A stretch of DNA of 64,000 nt, from assembly GCA_036785375.1 (NCBI GenBank), contig JAWMAR010000084.1, positions 7,130,001 to 7,194,000 on the forward strand, read 5' to 3'. This document shows, one piece after another, positions 23,813-36,500 of the stretch. A program made the translations under genes and the position numbers. Position 1 is the first letter of the stretch. Each line of letters starts with the position of its first letter. The DNA comes from Leucoraja ocellata (taxonomy: Eukaryota). The notes below the pieces were generated by a model. That model worked only from the letters and a program-made list of their open reading frames with translations, ran no database searches and had not been told where the DNA came from.

Positions 23813-25077
23813 AATAAAATTGGATATGATAACTATGCCATGGTAATGTTAAATCCATGGTATCTTTTCGTCTTAGCTTCAGTAGTGCACTGTGACCTTG
23901 CATTCTTTCTGTCAGCAGCATACTCTCAAAAAGCACATCACTTCCAAGTTCCCAGAAACTGATAAGCCAAACATTTGTTAGTTTGAGATGGTCTGGCTGC
24001 AGAACTACAAAACTACAAGAAAAATCAATATTGGGCTAAAATGTTCTTGTCTTCAAACAATTTATCTTTCTACCGTTGGTGCTTTGGGCTTGAAAAAGAA
24101 AATTACATAGTTAGTGTGAGCTTTGCAGGTCAGTTGACTGTATAAAGGTTGAATTCATTTTCTATCTGTTTAGATTAACTCTTTTCAGTGTTTTGAACTT
24201 CCCAAGATTGCTCCATTGATTTTTCACTTAAACACTATTCAGTTTTGTTGATGTGAACATCAGCAACAGGACTTTCTTTTTTTGGACATTGATGTTTAAA
24301 AGAGGAATGTAACAACTCGGTCCTGGGTAATGCTAGTATTTAAAAAAAAGTTAGCCTTAATCAATTATTTTTAACTTAGCGAAATAGATCCTAAACAAGG
24401 ATTTTGATCCATGTTATTGATATGTGAACTGTGAAAAATTTGACAGGGTAAATGCTGAGAGAACTACAGGGAAGAATCCTAGAAGATTGGCCATTTGGAA
24501 CTCGCATGAAGTGATATTTCTTTATTCAGTTACTTAGAAATCAGTGGATCTGTACATTCAAGACTTAGATTAACAGACCTGATGATATCAAAATTAGCAA
24601 TGAGCACAAATTTGAGGAACAGGACCAGCCACAAACTCATTGAATGGTGACCTGATTATTATTTTGCTAATAATAAATGATTATTGATTATTTTGCATTC
24701 TAACTGTTTTTCTGATCCTAATTTTGCTTGAGAAGTGTGGTGAAGGTATACTTGAACTGCCACAATCCTTCTGGTCAAGGTATTTGTATAAATGTATCAA
24801 GTTCGTGTTCCAGGCCTTTGGTTCTGCAAAAAGTGCATGATTGATGCTTTACAGTATCTGAAAGTCAGAATGGAGCATGACACAGAAAGGAGCTTGCAGT
24901 TAAGGGCATTCTCACAGTTAAGGGCGTTATTACCCTTGATGGTAAAAGTCCTGCTTGGTAGTAGAAGTCGCAGTGGGGAGTGCTGCTGAAGAAGTATTGG
25001 TGAGTCATTTCTGTTTATTTTGCAGTTGGTCATGTGGCTGCCGCCCTGAGCAGCCTCCAACCAAAGATAGACCCTAG

Positions 25078-25856
25078 TTTAAGAAGGAACTGCAAATGCT
25101 GGAAAATCGAAGGTAGACAAAAATGCTGAAGAAACTCAGCGGGTGAGGCAACTCAGTGGTGTGCTGGCCTTTATAAATCAGAGCATTGAGTATAGAAGTT
25201 GGGATGTAATGTTAAAATTGTACAAGGCATTGGTGAGGCCAATTCTGGAGTATGGTGTACAATTTTGGTCGCCTAATTATAGGAAGGGTGTCAACAAAAT
25301 AGAGAAAGTACAGAGGAGATTTACTAGAATGTTGCCTGGGTTTCAGCAACTAAGTTACAGAGAAAGGTTGAACAAGTTAGGGCTTTATTCTTTGGAGCGC
25401 AGAAGGTTAAGGGGGGACTTGATAGAGGTTTTTAAAATGATGAGAGGGATAGACAGAGTTGACGTGGAAAAGCTTTTCCCACTGAGAGTAGGGAAGATTC
25501 AAACAAGGGGACATGACTTGAGAATTAAGGGACTGAAGTTTAGGGGTAACATGAGGGGGAACTTCTTTACTCAGAGAGTGGTGGCTGTGTGGAATGAGCT
25601 TCCAGTGAAGGTGGTGGAGGCAGGTTCGATTTTATCATTTAAAAATAAATTGGATAGTTATATGGACGGGAAATGTATGGAGGGTTATGGTCTGAACGCA
25701 GGTGTATGGGACTAGGGGAGAATACGTGTTCGGCACGGACTAGAAGGGTCGAGATGGCCTGTTTCCGTGCTGTAATTGTTATATGGTTATATGGTTATAT
25801 CTATGGAGCAAAGGAAATAGGCAACATTTCGGGTTGAGACCCTTCTTCAGACTGAT
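25078..25856 (-). mobile_element. PLE-derived mini-element split by a CR1 insertion
   Basis: aaggaactgcaaatgctgg..ctcagcgggtgaggca (to ~25150) resumes as ctatggagcaaaggaaatagg..cccttcttcagactga (25801-25855). Confidence 0.75.
25158..25800 (+). mobile_element. 5'-truncated CR1, same subfamily as 7897-11377
   Basis: Highly similar to ~10730-11377, with an open ORF2 C-terminus and the (tatatggt)n tail. Confidence 0.95.
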
Positions 25857-27295
25857 AGACCCTTGGTCACTTTGTATCTATCTTCGACATAAACCAGCAT
25901 CTGCAGTTCCTTTCTACACGCATGGTTCCAACCAAGCTGGGTGCTTTGTCTTGGAGGGTCTTAAAGTTGAGTTTTGTTGGAGCTGCTCTCACCCCGGCAA
26001 ATGGAGAGTAATCCAATGCATCTAAACTTCTGCTTTCGAAGTAATTAAAATGTTTTTGTGATTCCTGAGGCGATTCACACTTTGCCAAATACTCTCGTAG
26101 CCACATATTTAGTACAGTTTGTTTTCTGGTCAATTGTTAGTCCCAGATGATTACAAATAAAAGATAATTAATGGTTGCCAAACAATTAATAACATTTGCT
26201 AGCAGATGTTGCAAACATTCAGTTAGCCTCATGGTGATCAACTCCATATAGAAATGTAATTGATTTATCCTATCTTCCCATCTGTTGTTTCATCAACTCT
26301 CCTGCAATTGTCACTGCTTTGTGCCCAATGAGCTAAAGATAATTAAAGCACTACATTCTCTCAAGTTAATATTCCCTGATAGCCAAAACAAAATTTGTTC
26401 TCCTTTTAATCCGAGCTGGCATGTTATCAGTTTAACATAGATGCACTTGGAATAACTGTCATCTTTTTCTGAATAGATACATTCATGTTATTCCTGAGGA
26501 ATTTTTCAATGTGAACTTTCCTTCTATACTTGTCTACAGAGGTACCTAGTGAGTTTCATAACTGAGGCTGTTACCAAATGCTGAAGTGTATTAAGATGTA
26601 AAGACGAACAATGGTAATTCCCTCCATTCAATTTGTAAACCCGTGCATTGTATATTGAGGGCCAACTAACCTACAAACCCACTACAATATACAATTTAAT
26701 GGAGAAAATTTCAATGTTCAGTCTTTTCATTGATAGTCCAAGCCTTGCAATGAATTACTTTATTTTGGACATTTATCCAATCCTTTACATATCTCTTGAA
26801 TATAAAATGTGATATGAAATAAAATCAGAAAATGCTGGAAAAATGCAACAGACTTATCTCAGATTTTTTTGCATCTGCAGTTATTTGTTGATTTTCATAA
26901 AATGTCATCTGCCCTGTATTGAAGTTAACTGGAATTATGCTTTGATCTATTAATTTTAAAGATTGAGGCTGAGCTCAAAAAGCATGGTAGATTTTTGAAA
27001 GTACCTGTATATAAATATTTGTAATGTTATATTGAATATAACAATAATACAAAGACCAAAACAAGGACTATAAAAGAGAATAGTGAGTAAAAGTGCAGGA
27101 AATACAAAACAGAAATAGCAGACTAGATTTTCAGCCCCATTTCCACTGGGAACTGTGTGTAATGAGAGCTCCAGTGTCTCTGAGCTTGTTCTAGCTATTG
27201 CCAATCTCACCTCCCTGATTAATTTTCCTGGTTTTCACCTTTCTAAAGATGTGCTAGACATATTCAGACAGCATACAAAAGATGGAAATGTAATA

Positions 27296-27426
27296 TGTAG
27301 GAAGGAACTGCAGATGCTGGTGTAATCCAAAAATTTACACAAAAAGCTGGAGTAACTCAGCGGGTCAGATAGCATCCTTGGAGAAAAGGAATAAGTGATG
27401 TTTCGGGTCGAGACCGCTCTTCAGAC
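27296..27426 (-). mobile_element. PLE-derived mini-element
   Basis: tgtaggaaggaactgcagatgctgg..gtttcgggtcgagaccgctcttcagac. Confidence 0.75.
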
Positions 27427-28264
27427 CAATATACATGTACAGGTTAATTTCCACCAATAGTGATGTATGTATTTTTTCTTGCACTGAACACATCCAAGGA
27501 TGATAGAGTAGACATTAAATAAACACAGAAATCAGGTACAAGGTAATTCATTCCATAATCCAAATCTAAAATCGCAATACCAACTATCACGTTCATTAAC
27601 ACCTAATCCACTGTGTTCACTATCGTAGCCTGTGGAACCTGTCACACATTTAGCTCATTGATACAGAGAACCAGGTTCGATCCATTTTTGAGCCACACAG
27701 TGATAATTGGAATTTGTCCTTGAGTCCGGCAATCAAGAACCACAATGCCTTTCTGCAGGCATTAAGGCTGCCTCATGGGAAAAAAAGCTCAGTGAAGCAC
27801 CAAATGCCTGAAATAGGAAGCAGCAAGGCTATCAGCACGTCCTCTATTTAACAATTTCCGTTTAATCCTCCTTTTCTTCACTCATTCTAGACTCCCCCCA
27901 ACCCACCCAACACCATCTCTTTCTTCTGTATGGAGTTTGCACATTCTTCCTGTTTCCATGCTGTCTCTTTCAATTCAATTCAGTACTATTTGTGAACTTT
28001 TCTGCTTGTACATGTTGTAATAGTTCATAAGAACTGGAACATTGATCAAAGCAATAAAATAAAAGGAACAGTAACATTCACATAAGCATGAAGAATAGGT
28101 CATAAGTCTACCACGTGCATTTGGGGCCTGTCACAAGATGAAATGTGGAAAGAATCCTGGTGTAGAAATTTGCCCAAATATGAACAATGACAACAATGGC
28201 TTCAGAAGGTTTCCCTCAAAGGTTTGCTGGACTAAACACTGGAATAAATCTTGCAAGTGGGAAG

Positions 28265-29097
28265 AGGTAGAAACACGGAACTACATATACAGCGGACCTA
28301 GCAGCATCTCTGGAGAACATCTGGACTTCTATCTCATTCTCCCCTCCCACCTCCTCTCCCCTTCCACCTACGTTTCTTTCTCTAGTTTCACAATTAGCAA
28401 CTCTTCAATCCTTTTGTCTCTGGCCTTCTGTCTTTTCATCTCCAGCCTTTGTCCAACCATCTGCGTAAAAAAACCCTCACCCGTATTGATCTATTGCTTG
28501 CTCCTCTTTGACCTGCCTCTCCTCTATTCCAGCTTTTCTTTTGTCCCCCCACCACATTCAGCCTGAAGAAGGGTCCCGAACTGAAAAGTCAACAGTCCAT
28601 GTTCTCCAGAGATGCTGTTTGACCCAATGAGTTACTCTCGCATTTTTCCGGCAATTAGGAAGTAGTTCCATGTTCATCAGATAGGAACTGAATAAAATAA
28701 ACAGGAGAAAGTTCTCTGGCGAAATAATTATCACAAACATTATTCACCACCAAGTCTTCAACCATTTTTTATTAACAGTGAGTCAAGCAGCATCAGTGAA
28801 GGCAAAGGGATAGTCAATGTTTTGGGTAGAGACCTTGCATCAGGGCAAGCAGGTGTCCTAATGCAGGGTCACTACCTGAAAGGTTGACCATCTCTCTTGT
28901 AAAAACAAGGAACCACAGATGCTGGTAAATAACGCAAGAGGACACAAAGTGCTGGAGTAACTCTACAGGTCAGGCAGCATCTCTGGAGAACATGAAGAAC
29001 TCTGAAGAATAGCCTTGACCAAAAATGTCACCTATCCATGTTCTCCAGTGATGCTGGCTGACCTGCTGAGTTACTGCAGCACTTTGTGTCCTTTTGA
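28265..29097. mobile_element. Cluster of PLE 3'/pLTR copies, including inverted pairs
   Basis: Pyrimidine tail plus ctgaagaagggtcccgaactgaaaagtc at ~28563; inverted arms at 28940-28995 and 29035-29090. Confidence 0.65.
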
Positions 29098-29488
29098 CCA
29101 TTCCTCTTCTTCCACTGACGCTGTAATTTCCTCCAGCAGTTTGATTTTTGTTCTTGAGTCCAACAACTGCAGTCTCTTATATCTCATGTCAGTCATTTTG
29201 TTTAAACAGCTCTTGTCCCTGAAAATAAATGAGGCAAAATGTCAATAACACGCAGGCACTTGTTCCTATTCTACTTATTATTCCCATTGCTTTCACCAGT
29301 TTCTCTAAACCATTCACATATGTTGACATGGTATGTGTTTTAATTGGTAACCTGGGTAAGTGTCTTGTATAATATCTGAAAACTGAGGAAAACTGTACCT
29401 GCTGCATCCTGACCTAAATCTTTAAAATTTAGTTTTAATTTTATTTCTATCGTATACTACACTAAGTGGGACCCGTTGGGTCCTCTCT

Positions 29489-29670
29489 TAGAAACATAGA
29501 AACATAGAAAATAGGTGCAGGAGTAGGCCATTCGGCCCTTCGAGCCTGCACCACCATTCAATATGATCATGGCTGATCATCCAACTCAGTATCCCATACC
29601 TGCCTTCTCTCCATACCCCCTGACCCCTTTAGCCACAAGCGGCACATCTAACTCCCTCTTAAATATAGCT
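29489..29670 (-). mobile_element. CR1 3' tail nested in the Helitron
   Basis: tagaaacatagaaacatagaaaataggtgcagg..ccctcttaaatatagc. Confidence 0.88.
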
Positions 29671-29935
29671 CCACACAAGAGGGCTGGTACTCCAACGCAA
29701 TAGTCCACCACTCCACCAATTCCAATATTGGTGGCCAGTGGTGGAGTGGGGGCTTTCTGGAGTGCTAGTATGGGTGATGTGGGCTAAAGGGACTGGTTTC
29801 CAGAGATCTAGTATGGTCATCGTGGGCCAAATGGATTCTTGGGGTGGCAGCTCAGTGACTCAAGCCTAATGTGCTGGCAGCTCACTCACGGCTGGTGGGC
29901 TGGCAGTTGATTCATGGCTATTCCTTGAAATTCCC

Positions 29936-30375
29936 TTTCAAGCAGGGTGCAAGGCGACCAAATTCAAATGCAGTTTCCTACCATTTCAAGCAGGGTGCAA
30001 GGCCACCAAATTCAAGTGCAATTCCATACCACTTCAATCAGGGAGCAAGGCCACCAAATTCAAGTGCAGTTTCATACCACTTCAAGCAGGGTGCAGGGCC
30101 ACCAAATTCAGGTGCAGTTTCCTACCACTTCAAGCAGGGTGCAAGACCACCGAATTCATGCAGCTTCCGACCACTTCAAGCAGGGTGTAAGACCACCAAA
30201 TTCAAGTGCAGTTTCATACCACTTCAAGCAGGGTGCAAGGCTACCAAATTCAAGTGCAGTTTCCAACCATTTCATGCAGGGTGCAAGGCCACCAAATTCA
30301 AATGTAGTTTCATATCATTTCATGCAGGGTGCAAGGCCACCACATTCAAGTGCAGTTTCATACCATTTCAAGCGG
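29936..30375. repeat. 48-bp minisatellite (~9 units) inside the Helitron
   Basis: Unit ttcaagcagggtgcaaggccaccaaattcaagtgcagtttcataccac. Confidence 0.95.
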
Positions 30376-30810
30376 GGTGAGCCCACCATAAAACCACCAT
30401 AAAACCACACAAAACACCACAAAAGACCACATAAACACCACATAAACACCACACTAACAGTTCAGTAGATATTCAGTGTGTTCCGTTGATTCACAGCTCA
30501 GTCAAAGTCATGATCTCTCCCTCCCCCATCTTGCAGAGACTGAGCCACACCCACACTTCCGGGTTTTATAATCCCTCCCCCCTTTCACCAGTAGGGGCGT
30601 GGCCTTCATGGCGTGATTGACAGGAGAGAGATTCTCACTATTTTTTAAACACTTTTAATTTTCATTGATGGGAAGAATCTTCTGCACCTGATGAGCGGAG
30701 GGAGACTGAGTATGATGGCCAAAAAAATGATGGCCATTCACAGCCGTAAATGGGAACGTTTAATCTAAAATCAATATACAGTGCAAACAGGAAGTTGTCA
30801 AGTTTAGACA

Positions 30811-30965
30811 CCATTTGCTGTGCTTTATTTCGAACCAACCACAACCATCAACCATTTGCTGCGGTTTATTTTGAACCAACCATCACCAACAACCATTTGC
30901 TGTGCTTTATTTCGAACCAACCACCGCCAACAATCATTTGCTGTGCTTTATTTCAATCCAACCAC
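30811..30965. repeat. ~41-bp tandem repeat (~4 units) inside the Helitron
   Basis: Unit ccatttgctgtgctttatttcgaaccaacc(acc/aac)n. Confidence 0.9.
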
Positions 30966-32119
30966 ATTTTCATTTTCAAACCACATTAAGGGCATTCAAG
31001 GTCAGTAAAACCACACTCACAGTTTAGTAGAAATGTGTTTAGTGTTATTCACAGCTCAGACTGATAGACGTGACCATCTCACTTCCCCCATCTTGCAGCA
31101 ACTGACTGAGGCACTCAACACTTCTGCACTTTATAGTCCCTCCGGAAAGGATGTGGCCTTCAGAGAGAGAATCTCAACATTTTTTAAACACTAATAACTC
31201 TTTTATTTTTAATCGATGGAAAAATCCTCTTGTCCTGCACAGCGGAGGGGGGGGGGGACTCTGAGTAGGGAGGCCAAATATCACAGCGGTAAGTGGCAGC
31301 GTATTTTCTAAAATCAATATACAGAACAACAGGAAGTGGTCAAGATCAGACTTTTAGTTATATAGATTTTCCTCGTCTACTGAAACTGCAGGACTTACTG
31401 GCTTTGATGTTTCCAAGGAGCTGTAGGATCATTATTGATGGCCCATCCCGAATGCCCTTGAGTGGTTGTGGACCTCTTCTGAAAATGTGGTGGTTATCAG
31501 GAGCTGCAGTGACTGGACGAAGGAAATTGAAATGGTCAGAAGTTGGAGTTTTGAGATCAAAATAATTAAGAGAGGAGGTTTGGAAGCTAATGTCAGAGGG
31601 CAAATGAGGAGAGCTACTTGAAGTGCAGGGAGAGGGGAGATTGCAAGGGTTTGGTCTGTGGGCTAATCATTGCTAAGAGAACTGTGGCTCAAGGTGTAAT
31701 TCTATGGTGGAGTGCAGGAGAAATGATGTGTAAGTCTTGCTGGCCAATGGATTCCGATAACCAGCATATGCAGTTATACAGATAAGGCAAAAGTACTGTC
31801 AACAAAGAATGAGTGGTTTATTCAAGCAATCTCCACAGACTACCTGTGAAACTTGCTGCAGATATGTTTGTAACCCAGAGTCACATGACACGGTTGAACA
31901 GGTACATGGATAGGAACGATTTAAAGTGATAGGGGTCAATCGTGGGAAAATGGGACGAGCATCTTGGTCGGCTTGGACGAGTTAGGCTGTAGGACCAGTT
32001 TCTTTGCTATATAACTCTATGACACAAACCAGTTTGTTTCAGGCAAATGTTTTGGTTTGGACTAACACTTTCCTGGAAATGGTGCAAAGCATGTAAAATA
32101 AATAAATAATCCATATGAT

Positions 32120-32292
32120 TTATTCAAGAGATAGATATAGCTCTTAGGGCTAACGGAATCAAGGTATATGGGGAGAAAGCAAGGATACTGATTTTGGATG
32201 ATCAACCATGATCATATTAAATAGCGGTGCTGGCACAAAAGGCCGAATGGCCTACTCTTGCATCTATTTTCTATATTTCTATGTTTCTATGT
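32120..32292 (+). mobile_element. CR1 3' tail (another tail at ~31892-32022)
   Basis: attcaagagag..ggccgaatggcctactc..(tttctatg)n. Confidence 0.8.
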
Positions 32293-33176
32293 TACTCTTG
32301 TTGCAAATAATTGTTATTTTTCTTATTTATCGAAATCATTTGGTTTACTCTCATTGATAAAATTGTACATCGTAGCAATATGACTAATATTTGAGAACTT
32401 AGATACTTTTCTTTCTCATACTTTTTAGAAATCAAATTTACTGGCAGCAGTTTTTTTTCAGGACGATAAAAGACCAAAGATTTCCAAGCGCTGAAGAGTG
32501 CACATATACGTGTCTTTTGGTAACTGGGTATCTTTTGCTTGCGTTGGGCTTGGCTGATAAATCAAGATGAAAATCAACCCTGGGATAGCACTTGACTGTC
32601 TGACTCAGCAGATACAGGAAGTACTGAACTATTCCTCATGGTCGAGTTATAATTTGTGCATCAATATAAAGTTTGTGCTATTGGCTGCTTTGCTTAACCA
32701 TCAACAGCATCATGTAATGGAAGTTCAGTGAGTTATCAAATAGTTGCTTTTGATTCTGAATCCTAAATTGATCCAGTGCTTGTAGCCCTAAAAGTCGCAA
32801 ACACCGCTGTCTTATTCTTCAGCACTTAGCACCATGCAATTCAACTTTTCTCGATAATTTAAACATCTAAAATAGTGCGATTAATTTGAAAGATAGTATA
32901 ATTTATGCAATACCTTTCCCTGAAATTTATTTTGGGGTTGTGATTATGAAGCCACATGTTTTTGCATCAATGAAGCTCATGTTTGCAAAGTGATAGTTGA
33001 CCAAATTGACATATGTGTTGGATACACTGGCATCAGTAATAAGATTACACATGTAACAGAAAATAACAGAATTTCTCCCCAACCAGACAACATTTGTTCA
33101 AAAGGAACCGTGTAGCAGTATTGACACACAGCGGTGGGGACAACAAGCAATGAGTTGTCCTACATGGCATACTCAC

Positions 33177-33207
33177 ATAAAAAATAGTGCTCGTTCGTAT
33201 GAGGAAG
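33177..33207 (-). other. Candidate 31-nt host-gene micro-exon
   Basis: Minus strand: cttttcctctttgctctctccatactag|CTTCCTCATACGAACGAGCACTATTTTTTAT|gtgagt, in apparently unique sequence. Confidence 0.5.
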
Positions 33208-33687
33208 CTAGTATGGAGAGAGCAAAGAGGAAAAGCGAATCTCAAAAATCAGGAACCATGAGCTACAGCATCTGTACACCTCTGTCGCCTATGTGGAAGG
33301 AACCTTTGACCCTAGATTGGGTCAATGAGCCATCCCTGCACACATTGCAACACCGCAGAGTTTATGTCATGGTGTAACAATAAGGAGTGATGAATTACAA
33401 TAGCACCACGATGTTCGTTATCACTCTTTGATGCAGCCTATACTATGATGCTATTACATTCTTTCAACAGCTTCTGCTCCTGTCTACTTAGGGTGCAAGA
33501 ACCACAACAAAAACTGGCATTCCTCCAATGCTCCTCTCTAGATTCCCATTCCTGCCTCACATTTAGTTAGACTATTGTGTGCTTGTCCACTGATCAAGTC
33601 TACAGTGCACAACCTAAAGGTAGGATTGCTTCTTAACAAAGTATTTTCTCCATTCTGATTTACTGCAGTGTCTGTAGCTTGGATGCT

Positions 33688-33987
33688 GTTTAGTTTAGTT
33701 TAGTTTAGTTTAGATCGTGGAAACAGTCCCTTCGGCCCACTGAGTCCACGCCGACAGATAATCACCCATGCCCTAGTTATAACTTAGACTCTAGGGACAA
33801 TTTACAGAAACCAATGAACCTACAACTCGCACGTCTTTAGGATGTGCGAAGAAACCGGAGTACCCGGAAGAAACCCATGCGGTCACAGGGAGAACATGCA
33901 AACTACACCCAGACAGCATCTGTAGTCAGGATCGAACCCAGGTCTTTGGTGCTGTGAGGCAGCAGCTCTATCGCTGCGCCAATGTGC
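33688..33987 (-). mobile_element. V-SINE (HE1-like)
   Basis: (tttag)n tail; caggatcgaaccc is the antisense B box. Confidence 0.85.
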
Positions 33988-35584
33988 TGATCCATTTGCA
34001 TTGAGGTGGCTGAGTCCAAGGAACTGTAATATCTAATGATTTTTTCTACCCTTTGTCCCAGTAGTGTGCTGCCTAAACTGAGAAGTAGCTTGCTGCACTC
34101 TGCAAACCATTCTAAACACAGCTGGAGCCGTTGAACCAAAACTAATCCTTCAAACCTCAAGAATATACTTACGGGTACTGGTCATTCAAAAGTAATGATG
34201 CAGGAAATAAATCATAATTACAATAAGTCAATGAAGCGCGTCTCTGGTGATGAGCTGCAAGCGATAGTCCATTCGATTCAATGGCAACTATTCACTGAGT
34301 CTTCTAATGTCACAGCCTTTGTCTGATTGTTGTAATACCCAGCCATCTGTGGATGTGCATTATAGTAAAGCTAAATATGACATTGGCATTCATTGCATTA
34401 TGTAAAACTATATTTTTTCTAACTAAAAAGGGTGGTTAGAAGAATAATGAATTGTTTCTCTGCTGATGATAATTATTGCTCAAAATTAATACTAAAAAAA
34501 TAATATTTTATTTACAATCAGTTCCTTGATTGAATGAATTAACAAAAGAAAATCCCCTCCCCCACTCAACACAGCAACCCGTATTTAACCCCTAAAATTA
34601 GTTAGCTGCAGAAAAATATGAAATATATCTGAAAGACTACACGTCCTCTCTACAGTGATAAATGAGAGAGATTTCTACAAGTAACTGCGGGATAAAACAG
34701 TGGTGTGGAAATAAAAAAAGTAGTGTAGAGATCTGTTCAAACAAATACTTCTCATTTGTTTTTGAGAATAAGTGGATGTGATCTTGAAAGCTTTTCGTCT
34801 TCTGGGGATGTCACTTTTAGTAGGCGTAAAGTTATCATTTTATGGATATTTTGACTTTTTTCAAATATTTTTGCTTTCATTTTTTTTTCTTTGTAGAGCC
34901 TGTAGGAGTTTGAGTTACTTCAAAAATGCTATTTATGGGATGCAAGGACATGTGGCAAAAATAGCTTTCTGAATACTGAAAAATAATTGGATACACACTA
35001 TTGCATTATTGCATTGTATTACATTGTAGATGAAAACTGGATTATTGGCTCAACAGATCCATTTCATCGTCTTCGTGGTTTTCAGTAATCCTGTGCCACT
35101 TGCAGGCACAAGCATCTTTATTTTGACTTTAACAAACATTTCAGGGATTTTAAAGACTCTTCATCAGATGCCTCTCTTTATGCTCTTTTTTGAAAGATGA
35201 GCCGATGTTAATGCAATCATTCTGGGTATGTCTGAATATTGATATCATTCTAATAAATATTTTTTGGCTCTTCGCCAGATTGTCATTGTCTTTTTTATAA
35301 TATGGAGAACAAAAATGGTCAGAGTGTGCCATGTGGGTTCTAAACAATGCAACTGTTTTACCATCATCTATGTTTATCTCATATACTGTACCCTTAACAT
35401 CTTGCCTAATTTGCCCTCTTCATTGTCTTAATGACGTGCTTTGTTCCTTTTGATACAGTATCTACTGGTGTCACCCCACTCCTCCACCACAACTCACAAG
35501 GATTATCCATCGTCAATACCTATGCTTCAACCTCCGATCGTACTTTGATTAATCTGATCTCCTGCTGTGCTTCTACTTATTGCT

Positions 35585-36500
35585 CACAAGCAGAAACTGA
35601 AATGGGAAGACTCGGTACAGAAAGCCATGCAGTGCTGAGGAAACAGATGAGACCTTTCGTGACAGTCGGTGGACTGGCCCATATTCAAGGACAAGCTGGT
35701 GTCACAGACTTCATCAGCAAATACGTAGAGGATTGTGTACTGAAGAAGACGATACATGTGCTCCCCAACCGGAAACCATGGTTGAACCATGCTGTTCACT
35801 CCCAGGTGAAGCCTAAATCTGCACTGTTCAAATCAAACGACTCCAAACTATACAATAAATATATCTAAGACCTTTGCAGAGCCATGAAGGAAGTCAGGAG
35901 AGAATTCTGGACCAAGCTGAAGTCCTGAGGGAATGACAAGGATAACTGATGACATTTGCACACTATATTGGGCTACAAAGTGAAGGTGGACCGTATTGAT
36001 GGCAACAACGGATCCCTCCCTGAGGAGCTCAATGCTTTATATGGTCTCTTTGAACAAAAGGTCGATGGAGGAATATCACCCACTGAGCTCTCTCCCACCT
36101 CCCCCCCACCCATGGTTACTATATGATCAGTCTTCCTGAGGGAGAATCCACAGGAAGCAATTGGTCCGGATGGAGTCACTGCCTGCGTCCTCAAGATTGG
36201 ACCAGCTGACAGAGGTATTCACACACATCAGGTTCTTCCCTTCTGTTATCAGGCTTCTGATTCTTCCATTACCGATGGTATCATTCAGTTTTCCTCTACC
36301 TTATTGTGGACATTGGACTTTGTCTCTGCAACTGTTGTGCAATCATGCTATGAATTATATTCTGCACTCTGTACTTTTCCCTTTGCTCTACCTACTGTAC
36401 TTGAGTTTCACTTGACTATATTTATGTATAGTATTATCTGATTTGATAGGATAGCATGCAAAACAAAGCTTATCACTGTATCTCAGTCCATATGACAATA
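35585..36500 (+). mobile_element. Decayed Rex1/Babar-type LINE fragments
   Basis: VTDFISKYVEDCV..PNRKPW, LPEELNAFY and GPD; tail motif gcatgcaaaacaaagcttatcactgta. Confidence 0.75.

Larger units (their letters stand above)
29457..31366 (-). mobile_element. Non-autonomous Helitron, complete
   Basis: Minus strand begins a|TCTATATAACTAAAAG and ends with a GGACCC-aac-GGGTCC hairpin (29469-29483) then ..GTAG|t (a variant of CTAG). A|T insertion site, no TSD. A homologous copy starts at 50831. Confidence 0.8.

Noticed and set aside
29936-30375. Regular repeats resembling a CRISPR array (also 51735-52385 and 41650-42200)
   Set aside because: Units are contiguous with no unique spacers, there are no cas genes, and the context is vertebrate; these are minisatellites.
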